Shown here in pieces: positions 8,723 through 16,397 of a stretch of 50,848 nt of DNA (positions are counted from its first letter, which is position 1; each line of letters begins with the position of its first letter). The notes beneath the pieces were generated by a model. The model had not been told where the DNA came from, made no database searches, and saw nothing but the letters and a program-made list of their open reading frames with translations. The stretch comes from Thermoanaerobaculia bacterium (GTDB lineage: Bacteria > Acidobacteriota > Thermoanaerobaculia > UBA5066), in assembly GCA_038245905.1 (NCBI GenBank), contig JBBRRY010000029.1, forward strand, positions 1 through 50,848, written 5' to 3'. A program made the position numbers and the translations under genes.

Positions 8723-10477
8723 ATGCCCGTCACCGCCGGAACCGTTCTCGGACGCTACCGCCTCCTCGACAAGGCGGGCGTCGGCGGGATGTCCGAGGTC
8801 TGGAGGGCCGAGGACGAGACGCTCAAGCGCATCGTGGCCGTGAAGGTCATCCTCGGGCCGGTCGCTGCCGACTCCACGTTTCGCGAGCGCTTCCTAAGGG
8901 AGGCTCGCCTCGTCGCCGGCCTCGAGCATCCGAACGTGCTTCCCGTCTTCGACTACGGGACCGCCATCATCGACGCCGCGGACGTTTCTTATCTCGTCAT
9001 GCCTCTCGTGGCCGGCGGCTCGCTCAAGGGCCGCGCCGTCGGACCCGTTCCCCCGGCCCTCGCGATCAGCTGGCTCTCGGCGGTCGCCGCTGCCCTCGAC
9101 CACGCGCATTCCAAGGGCATCCTTCATCGAGACGTCAAGCCGGGAAACGTCCTCATGGACGCGCAGGGCCGGCCGCTCCTCGCCGATTTCGGCCTTGCGC
9201 GGAGCGCCGAGGTCTCGTCGGGACTGACGGCCACTGGGACGGTGCTCGGCACGCCGCTCTACATGGCGCCCGAGCAGGCGATGGGGATGGCGCTGGACGG
9301 CCGCGCGGACCAGTACGCCCTCGCCGTGATCGCATTCGAGCTGCTGGCGGGCCGCGTACCCTTCTCGGCGGAATCGCCTCTCGCCGTCCTTCACCAGCAC
9401 GTCTCGACGCCGCCTCCCCCCCTCTCGACGCTCCTCCCCGGCACGGCCGCCTCGGTCGACGCGGTGCTCTCGCGCGGCCTCGCGAAGAAGCCCGAGGACC
9501 GGTTCGGGTCGTGCAGCGCGTTCGTCGCCGCCCTCGGTGCGGCGCTCGCCGTTCCGGGCGCCGCGGCCACCGTGCCGCAGGCCGTGCAGGACCAGTCGAA
9601 CATGGCGACGATCGTCTCCGCTCCCGCGCTTTCTGCCGGCGCGCTCGCGGCACCCGCGTCGCTCGGGAGTAACGTGCCGGAAGGCCCCCCGAAGGATCCG
9701 ACGCGCGGCGGGATGGTCCTTCTCGCGGCCCTCCTCCTCCTCAGCGCGGGCGCCGGGGTGTTCCTGCTTTTGCGCGGGACGGGCCGGACGGGCGCGACGA
9801 CAGGCGCCCCGACTCTCACGACACCGGAAATTTCTTCGATTGTGAAAGAGACTCCGGCCGTGAGCACCGCACCGGCCGTGCCCACGGCTGCGGCGGCGGC
9901 CGAGCCCAGCCCTCAATTACCCATCGAAGAAAAGAAGATCGCCTCCCGCAGCACCGCCGGCAACTCGACGCGCCCCGATGCCATCCCCGTGCGTCCGAAG
10001 CAAACCTCTTTCCCGCCCCTCCTCTCCGGCGCCGCGTTCTCGGGCGACACGCAGCTCTCGGCGGCCTGGGAGTCGCTCGACACGCACGGCCGCCAGCGCC
10101 TCACACGCGAGGACTTCGTCTCGGCGATGGGGAGCGCGCGCGAGGTGCTCGCCCGGAGGCCGACCGCCGAAGTCCGCTTCCTCGACGCGTACGCGCGCGC
10201 CGGCGTCGCCTACGCGGACGGCCGCAACGCCGAGGCGTGGCAGCTCCTGACGATGGCTCTCCGAAACTCCGGCCCCGCCGCCAACACGCGCGTCCTCAAC
10301 TTCGTCGCGGACGAAGTCCACGCGATGGGCCCGAACCCCGGGCCGGACGCGGAATGGGTCATGGGCCTCGCCTTCGGGGACGCGCGCGGCGAGCTTCGGT
10401 CCGAGCTCGACAAGGCTCAGGCCCGGGCTCCCCGCTCGGCTCGCGTGCAGGAAGCCCGGACACTCTCGAACCGTTAG
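8723..10477 (+). CDS. Membrane-anchored Hanks-type Ser/Thr protein kinase
   Basis: GVGGMSEV, VAVK, HRDVKPGN, DFG, GTPLYMAPEQ; one TM segment (MVLLAALLLLSAGAGVFLLL); Pro/Thr/Ala linker; helical C-terminal domain. Confidence 0.92.
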   Translation: MPVTAGTVLGRYRLLDKAGVGGMSEVWRAEDETLKRIVAVKVILGPVAADSTFRERFLREARLVAGLEHPNVLPVFDYGTAIIDAADVSYLVMPLVAGGSLKGRAVGPVPPALAISWLSAVAAALDHAHSKGILHRDVKPGNVLMDAQGRPLLADFGLARSAEVSSGLTATGTVLGTPLYMAPEQAMGMALDGRADQYALAVIAFELLAGRVPFSAESPLAVLHQHVSTPPPPLSTLLPGTAASVDAVLSRGLAKKPEDRFGSCSAFVAALGAALAVPGAAATVPQAVQDQSNMATIVSAPALSAGALAAPASLGSNVPEGPPKDPTRGGMVLLAALLLLSAGAGVFLLLRGTGRTGATTGAPTLTTPEISSIVKETPAVSTAPAVPTAAAAAEPSPQLPIEEKKIASRSTAGNSTRPDAIPVRPKQTSFPPLLSGAAFSGDTQLSAAWESLDTHGRQRLTREDFVSAMGSAREVLARRPTAEVRFLDAYARAGVAYADGRNAEAWQLLTMALRNSGPAANTRVLNFVADEVHAMGPNPGPDAEWVMGLAFGDARGELRSELDKAQARAPRSARVQEARTLSNR

Positions 10478-11394
10478 TTCTTGAGGGTGTCTCCCGCCTT
10501 GAAGCCGCTGCCGGAGACGGCCGCGGCCGTCGAGAGACGCGGTCCCTTCACGGCCGTGATCTTCACGCGGCCGACCTTGACCTCGTCCGCCCCGAGCACC
10601 TCGCCCGTGTCGGGGTCCTTGATCTGCTTGCCGACGCGGTAAACGGTCAGCTCCTCGCCTTCCTTGACGCCGCCTTCGGAACCCACGTTCAAGTAGAGCG
10701 TGCCACCCTCGACGTTCGCGACCTTCCCGATGATGCCCGACGCGTCGCCTTTGCCGCCCATGCCGGACGACTTCAGGTCGGCCTTCGAAAAGGATGCCGC
10801 GAGCTTCTGGACGACGGGACGCATCAGCTTGTCGACCTTGCCGTGGTCGGAGGCGCCGCCGCCGGCGCCCGCGACGTAGACGCTCGCGTCGGATTTCTCG
10901 TCCCGCGCCGTGTCGGCCCACACGATCTCGCCCGTCGTCGTCGAGAACGCACGCGCGTCGAGCGCGGCTTCGGCCTTCTGCGACTTCACGCTCACGGACG
11001 GGATCCCGAAGCGGCCGAGCCCGCCCGGCACGCTCGCACCGCGGTCCGTGACGCCGAGTTCCGTCACGGAGCCGGCGATGAGGTACTCGACGCCGAGCAT
11101 CTTCCCGATCTTGACGGCCGTGCGCGGGTCGATGTCGCCCGAGAGCGAGAGGCCCTTCTCCTGCATGATCGCGGCGAGCTGCTCGCGCTCGATCACGCGG
11201 TACTTCCCGCTCTTCACGAGCTCGGTCACGAGCATGTCCTGCGCGCCGCGCCCCGCCTCGTACCATGTCCACGTGTAGTGCGAAGCCTTGTTCTTGAACT
11301 CGAGGACGGCCACGCGCGGCTTGCTGCCTTGTGCGAGCATGGCCTGAGCCGAGAGGAGGGCGAGCAGGGAGAGTGCGGAGAGAATTCGCTTCAT
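10474..11394 (-). CDS. CsgG/HfaB-family exported protein with a FlgT-C-like C-terminal domain
   Basis: Signal peptide MKRILSALSLLALLSAQAMLA; RVAVLEF, YRVIEREQL..IMQEKGL, KIGKMLGVEYLIAGSV; C-terminal YLNVGSEGGVKEG..IKDPDTGEVLG. Start placed at ATG 11394 behind a GAGGTGA RBS. Confidence 0.8.
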   Translation of the reverse strand: MKRILSALSLLALLSAQAMLAQGSKPRVAVLEFKNKASHYTWTWYEAGRGAQDMLVTELVKSGKYRVIEREQLAAIMQEKGLSLSGDIDPRTAVKIGKMLGVEYLIAGSVTELGVTDRGASVPGGLGRFGIPSVSVKSQKAEAALDARAFSTTTGEIVWADTARDEKSDASVYVAGAGGGASDHGKVDKLMRPVVQKLAASFSKADLKSSGMGGKGDASGIIGKVANVEGGTLYLNVGSEGGVKEGEELTVYRVGKQIKDPDTGEVLGADEVKVGRVKITAVKGPRLSTAAAVSGSGFKAGDTLKN

Positions 11395-11505
11395 CGGTAT
11401 CACCTCGTCTGAACTTGAACGCTATTCTAGGACGATGGGGGGATTTGCGCCGCAGCAAAGGGGCTGACCCCGCGGTATTGCGAGGTATCCGCTAGACTCG
11501 GCCGC

Positions 11506-12603
11506 GTGAAAAATCTGACGCCCCCGGCGAAAAAAGAGCGCACCACCGTGATCCGGGGCTCGGGAATGTACGTGCCTCCCCAGGTCGTCACGAACGAAAT
11601 GATGGGCCGCATCATGGATACGAATGACGAATGGATCGTGCCTCGCACCGGCATCAAGGAGAGGCGCTTCGTCGAACCGGGAATCGGCTCGGCCGAGCTT
11701 GGGGCGCTCGCCTCCGAGGCCGCGCTCAAAGACGCCGGGCTCTCGGCCGACGACATCGACCTCGTCATTTTCGCGACGATGACGCCCGACCACTACTTCC
11801 CCGGAAACGGGGGACTCCTCGCGCGGCGCCTCGGAATGAAGAACACGCACGCGCTCGACATCCGGATGCAGTGCGCCGGATTCCTCTCGGGCCTCCAGAC
11901 GGCGGACGCCTTCATCCGCTCGGGCATGTACGAGCGCGTTCTCCTCGTGGGCGCCGAGGTGCACAGCGGCCTGATGCCCTGGCCCGAAAGCGTATGGGAC
12001 GTGATGCTCGGAAAATCGCCCGGGCCCTGCGACCCGTTCTGGTTCGAGCGTGCGACCGGCATGCGCGACCGCGCCGTGCTCTTCGGCGACGGCGCAGGCG
12101 CCATGGTTCTCGAAGCGAATGCCACGGGGGACGGGCGCGGCCTCCTGGGCTTCGCGATGTACACGGACGGCGAGCACTGGGACAAGCTCTACGTGCCCGG
12201 CGGCGGATGTAAGTCGCGCCCGTACTTCACGCCCGAGATGTTCGACAACCTCGGCACGATTCCAATCGTGGAGGGGCGCCAGGTCTTCCGGCTTGCGACG
12301 ACTCTCATGCCCACGGCCGTCAAGGACCTCCTTGCGGCCCACGACCGGACGCTAAGGGACCTCGACCTCCTCCTCATGCATCAGGCGAACCTGCGGATCA
12401 ACGAAGCGGCGCAGAAGGTGCTCGGCCTCACGGACGACAAAGTGTTCAACAACATCCAGAAGTACGGGAACACGACGGCCGCGACGCTTCCGATCGCGTT
12501 CCACGAGGCGAAGCTCGCGGGCAAGGTGAACCAGGGTTCCGTCGTCGTCTTTACCGCGCTCGGCGCGGGCCTTCACTGGGGTGCGGGGCTCGCGATCGTC
12601 TGA
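11506..12603 (+). CDS. fabH: 3-oxoacyl-ACP synthase III family
   Basis: Cys-His-Asn triad (QCAGF, HQANLRI, YGNTTAA), RTGIKERR, LFGDGAGA, GAGLHWG. Confidence 0.9.
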   Translation: MKNLTPPAKKERTTVIRGSGMYVPPQVVTNEMMGRIMDTNDEWIVPRTGIKERRFVEPGIGSAELGALASEAALKDAGLSADDIDLVIFATMTPDHYFPGNGGLLARRLGMKNTHALDIRMQCAGFLSGLQTADAFIRSGMYERVLLVGAEVHSGLMPWPESVWDVMLGKSPGPCDPFWFERATGMRDRAVLFGDGAGAMVLEANATGDGRGLLGFAMYTDGEHWDKLYVPGGGCKSRPYFTPEMFDNLGTIPIVEGRQVFRLATTLMPTAVKDLLAAHDRTLRDLDLLLMHQANLRINEAAQKVLGLTDDKVFNNIQKYGNTTAATLPIAFHEAKLAGKVNQGSVVVFTALGAGLHWGAGLAIV

Positions 12604-12635
12604 TCTCCCGGGACGTCGCGGTCATTCCCCCCGGC

Positions 12636-12673
12636 CGTCGCGAGCGTATCCCCCGCCCTGGCGCTCGACGACG
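12636..12673. terminator. Possible hairpin between convergent genes
   Basis: CGTCG-CGAGCG pairs with CGCTCG-A-CGACG; no U-tract. Confidence 0.25.
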
Positions 12674-13522
12674 CTAGGCCTCACCGTCGCGGTCGTCGTC
12701 CGGCAGGCTGCTCGCAGTCAGCAAGACAGGGGCCTCGGCGAGAGCGGGGTGCGTCGCCGCGAGTGCGATCGCGACGTCGATCGGGTCCTTCAGGAGCGCG
12801 ACCCGGCGGCGCGCGCGCTCGGCCTGGGGCTCCGGAAGAGAGCGCAGCACAGCTTCCAGGTCCAGTTGCGCGCGCCGCGCGCGCAGTGCGAGCTTCAGGG
12901 CGAACGGCCTTCCGTCCCCCGTCTCGACACCGGAGCGTGCCGCGGCGCGGAGGACTCCGGTGAGCCCATGGACGAGCACGTCGAAAAGCGGAATCTCTTT
13001 CGACAGGTCGTCGACGAAAAGCTCGAAGACGTGCCGGCCCACGGCCCGACGGACGCCGGGTCGCTGCCGCCCGCGGACATGGCCCGCACGAATGGCCGGA
13101 GGAGCCGCCCCCCGGCACCTTCGAAGACGCCCGCCCGCGCAACGTCCCGCATCGCGGTGACGAACGGGCGCGCGGAATGCGCGTAGAACCTCGTGAGACC
13201 CTTCTCGCGCGAGGCCACGAGGACGTCGGCCCAGAGGTCGAAGAACGCGAGCGCGATCGACGGCGAGCCGCTCGCGCTCGCTCGCCGAAGCTCCGAGGAG
13301 CCTCTCCTCCTGTGCGACGAGATACGCGGCATCCACGCGCGCAAGGGACGTCCCAAGAAGCATCTCCTGCGTAAGGAGGCGAGGGATGCGCCGGAACAGA
13401 CGCTCGAGCGCGATCACGTCCACACCGAACTCCACGACGCCGCCCAGAGACAGGAGGAGGATCGCCGTTGGGTTGTGCGAGACCGCCGGGGCCGGGTCGG
13501 AGCTCAGGAAAGCGCTCTTCAC
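12674..13522 (-). CDS. Hypothetical protein (~282 aa) with apparent compensating internal frameshifts
   Basis: GTG start overlaps the upstream TGA (GTGA). Both ends are protein-like with GC-rich third positions, while the ~13035-13258 middle looks coding only in the adjacent frame. Confidence 0.55.
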   Translation of the reverse strand: MKSAFLSSDPAPAVSHNPTAILLLSLGGVVEFGVDVIALERLFRRIPRLLTQEMLLGTSLARVDAAYLVAQEERLLGASASERERLAVDRARVLRPLGRRPRGLAREGSHEVLRAFRAPVRHRDAGRCAGGRLRRCRGAAPPAIRAGHVRGRQRPGVRRAVGRHVFELFVDDLSKEIPLFDVLVHGLTGVLRAAARSGVETGDGRPFALKLALRARRAQLDLEAVLRSLPEPQAERARRRVALLKDPIDVAIALAATHPALAEAPVLLTASSLPDDDRDGEA

Positions 13523-14733
13523 GCGGGCTTCAGGGCGACCGACGACCCCACCCACGTGAAGTCCTTGTTGAAGTCCACGCCGAGCATCTTCCCGCGCGAC
13601 AGGCGGCAGAGGTTCAGCCCGAGCGTCGGCATCGCGTCGCCGTCGGGGCGGAAGAACATCATCCGGATCTCGACCTTCACGCCGCCGCCGTCCGCCGCGA
13701 GGAGGCACGGGTCGTAGACGATCTTTTCCTGCAGACACCAGGAGCCGCGCTCGCTCTCGGGGATGCGCGCGAGATCTTCCGGCGTCGGGTCCACGTTCAC
13801 ACCGCCTCCCGCGAAGGAGAAGAGCGGCTTCAGCACGTAGCGTTCCGTGAGGTCCTTCGGAACGACCTCGACTTCGGAAAGGTACCGCGACTTCGGGACC
13901 GTCTCGTGAGACAGGAGCGGGAGGGAGTACTTGGACCACGTCCAGTACCAGTTCGGGTGCGGCACCCAGCGAACGTCGAGCTCCTCTCGGAAGTCGAATG
14001 GCAGCGCGGTGTCCTTCTTGATGAGCTCGTCGAAGACGATGCGGTTGTAAATCCGGCGAACCGGTATCCGGCGCCCGTCCTTCACGCGGAAGAGCCGCCT
14101 CCCCTCCTTCACGAGCATCCTCGGGTCCAGGGCGTCCACCCCGAGAAGACGTCGGGTGGCGTGGAAGTCGATCGCCGTCTTCTGCTCTTCCGGTTCCAGA
14201 TCGAGGAGCACGACCTCTTCGGGGTCCGCATCGCCCACGATCGTGCGGCGGAGGAGATCGAGGAGGCCGGCACGCGACAGACCCGAGAAGTACGGGCTCC
14301 ACGGACCCTTCGGGAGGCCGTTCACGCGGAAGAGAGCGTCGCTCCACGCGTCCGCCTGAAGAACTTCGAACGCCGAGAGAGAAGGAAACCCCTGAAGCTC
14401 GATGAGGCGCGGCGCGAGACGGCCGTCCTTCCCCTTCACGATCGCGAAATCCACCTGCGCGAGCGAGGGAAGAACGTCCATCCCGGGCGTCGCCCACCGC
14501 TCCGGAATCGCGCGCTTCATGCGTTGGAGGGCTTCTGGCCGCGTGAGCTGCGCGACGATCGCGCGCGCACCGTCCTCGAGCGCCGCCGTAAGCTCTTTCG
14601 TCAGGAAGACCGGCGTCTCGGCGAGACGGAAACCAGGCTCACAGCCGGCGCGCCCGACGAGGTCCGCCGTGTAAGAGGACGCGAGCCCGTCCGTGAACGC
14701 GGCGTTGAAAGCTGCCCGAAACTCCGGATGCAT
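13519..14733 (-). CDS. Circularly permuted ATP-grasp / glutathionylspermidine-synthase-like ligase
   Basis: VDFAI..PRLIELQ, RIYNR, YVLKPLFSFAGGGV, WCLQEKI, EIRMM: the motif order of permuted ATP-grasp ligases. Confidence 0.7.
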   Translation of the reverse strand: MHPEFRAAFNAAFTDGLASSYTADLVGRAGCEPGFRLAETPVFLTKELTAALEDGARAIVAQLTRPEALQRMKRAIPERWATPGMDVLPSLAQVDFAIVKGKDGRLAPRLIELQGFPSLSAFEVLQADAWSDALFRVNGLPKGPWSPYFSGLSRAGLLDLLRRTIVGDADPEEVVLLDLEPEEQKTAIDFHATRRLLGVDALDPRMLVKEGRRLFRVKDGRRIPVRRIYNRIVFDELIKKDTALPFDFREELDVRWVPHPNWYWTWSKYSLPLLSHETVPKSRYLSEVEVVPKDLTERYVLKPLFSFAGGGVNVDPTPEDLARIPESERGSWCLQEKIVYDPCLLAADGGGVKVEIRMMFFRPDGDAMPTLGLNLCRLSRGKMLGVDFNKDFTWVGSSVALKPA

Positions 14734-14741
14734 GGCGCGGA

Positions 14742-14760
14742 GTCTAGACCGGGTCTAGAC
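14742..14760. promoter_or_regulatory. Perfect inverted repeat GTCTAGACC-G-GGTCTAGAC, candidate operator
   Basis: Seen directly; overlaps the ychF stop codon and the TAGACT -10 box of the downstream gene. Confidence 0.4.
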
Positions 14761-15858
14761 GTTGAACTTGAAGAGCAGGACGTCGCCGTCTTTCACGACG
14801 TATTCCCTGCCCTCCTGACGCACCGCGCCGACGTCGCGCGCGGCAGCCATCGAGCCGGCTTTCAGGAGGTCTTCGAAGGCGACGGTCTCGGCCTTGATGA
14901 AGCCTCGCTCGAAGTCCGTGTGGATGACGCCGGCAGCCTGGGCTGCCGTGTCCCCGGCGTGGATCGTCCAGGCGCGCACCTCTTTCTCGCCCGCCGTCAG
15001 GTACGTGCGCAGGCCGAGGAGGTGGTATGCGGCATGGATGAGCTTTCCGACTCCGGACTCCTCGACGCCGAGGGACTCGAGGTACTCGTTCGCGTCTTTT
15101 TCCGGCAGCTCCGAGAGCTCGGACTCGATCTTTGCCGAGATCGCGACCGCCTCCGAGCCGTGGTGGGTCTCCGCCCATGCGCGCACCTTCTTCACGAGCG
15201 GCAGGTCGTCGGCGTTCTTGAGGTCGCCTTCGGCCACGTTGCACGCGAAGAGGGTCGGTTTCATCGTCATGAGGAAGAAGGGACGCGCCGCGTCACGCTC
15301 GAGAGAGTTGAGATCCACCATGAGCGCAGGCTTCCCGGAATCGAGGTGCGGAATGAGCTTCGCGGCGACTGCCCTCTGCGCCATCGCTTCCTTGTTGCCG
15401 ACGCGCGCGAGCTTCTCCAGCCGCTCCCTCTGCTTCGTCAGGGATTCGAGGTCCGCGAGGACGAGCTCCGTCGTGATGGTCTCGATGTCCGCGATCGGAT
15501 CGAGCGTGTCGGAGACGTGGACGACGTCCTTGTCCTCGAAGCAACGCACGACCTGGACGATCGCGTCCACCTCGCGGATGTGGGAGAGAAACTTGTTCCC
15601 AAGGCCCTCGCCCTTGCTCGCGCCCTTCACGAGGCCAGCGATGTCCACGAACTCGAAGGTGGCAGGGATGATGACCGAAGTCTTCGCGATCTTCGCGAGC
15701 GGCACGAGCCGCGCGTCCGGCACGACGACGATGCCGACATTCGGCTCGATCGTGCAGAACGGGTAGTTCGCCGCTTCGGCCTTGCGGGTTTTCGTGAGGG
15801 CGTTGAAGAGCGTCGACTTGCCGACGTTCGGCAGGCCGACAATTCCGGCTCTGAGCAT
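14755..15858 (-). CDS. ychF: Redox-regulated Obg-like ATPase YchF
   Basis: GIVGLPNVGKST, NYPFCTIEPN, DIAGLVKGASKGEGLGNKFL, IHTDFERGFIKAE, C-terminal FKFNV; start set at MLRAG. Confidence 0.97.
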   Translation of the reverse strand: MLRAGIVGLPNVGKSTLFNALTKTRKAEAANYPFCTIEPNVGIVVVPDARLVPLAKIAKTSVIIPATFEFVDIAGLVKGASKGEGLGNKFLSHIREVDAIVQVVRCFEDKDVVHVSDTLDPIADIETITTELVLADLESLTKQRERLEKLARVGNKEAMAQRAVAAKLIPHLDSGKPALMVDLNSLERDAARPFFLMTMKPTLFACNVAEGDLKNADDLPLVKKVRAWAETHHGSEAVAISAKIESELSELPEKDANEYLESLGVEESGVGKLIHAAYHLLGLRTYLTAGEKEVRAWTIHAGDTAAQAAGVIHTDFERGFIKAETVAFEDLLKAGSMAAARDVGAVRQEGREYVVKDGDVLLFKFNV

Positions 15859-15901
15859 CGCCGCGGAGAGTACCAGCCCGCGCGCGCTAGGATTCCGTTC
15901 C

Positions 15902-16381
15902 ATGAAGACAGCTCGCCGCCTCGCCGCCCTCGGCCTCGCGCTTCTCCTTTTTTCGTTCGCCCCCCTCGCCGCCGCGCGGAGGCCCTCGAAAAAGAGCCCA
16001 CACACGCAGATCGCCGCCGTGTGCCGCGTCGAGACGGCGCCCACCGAGAAAGCTCACAAGAACCAGCGCCGTTTCCTCGAGTTCGACGTGACGATCGTGT
16101 CGTTCACGCGGGTCCCGGGCGACCGGAGCGCGGACCCGAGCGTCCCGATTTTCCAGCGCGGCCGCGTACACATCGTCCACGACATGTCGTGCGGTGGCGA
16201 GCAGATCGCCCTTGCGCCCGGCGACGCCGCCGAGATCCGCGGCGAGTACGTGGCGATCCCGGACGGGAAAGACCTCATCCATTTCACGCACCCGGCCGAC
16301 GGCTCGTGCGGGCAGAAGGGCGGGCATCCCGACGGCGGGATCCGGAAGATCGACCGCGCCGCCCTGAAGAAGGCCGCCTGA
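15902..16381 (+). CDS. Exported protein, DUF3465-like
   Basis: Signal peptide MKTARRLAALGLALLLFSF; GDAAEIRGEY..LIHFTH..GHPDG resembles the DUF3465 GEY..IHWTH..H.G pattern. Confidence 0.6.
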   Translation: MKTARRLAALGLALLLFSFAPLAAARRPSKKSPHTQIAAVCRVETAPTEKAHKNQRRFLEFDVTIVSFTRVPGDRSADPSVPIFQRGRVHIVHDMSCGGEQIALAPGDAAEIRGEYVAIPDGKDLIHFTHPADGSCGQKGGHPDGGIRKIDRAALKKAA

Positions 16382-16397
16382 GCCCGGCCTCGCGCCC

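Noticed and set aside
12674-14497. 607-aa minus ORF as a single gene
   Set aside because: The first 325 codons overlap the ATP-grasp gene out of frame; only the part from GTG 13522 looks coding.
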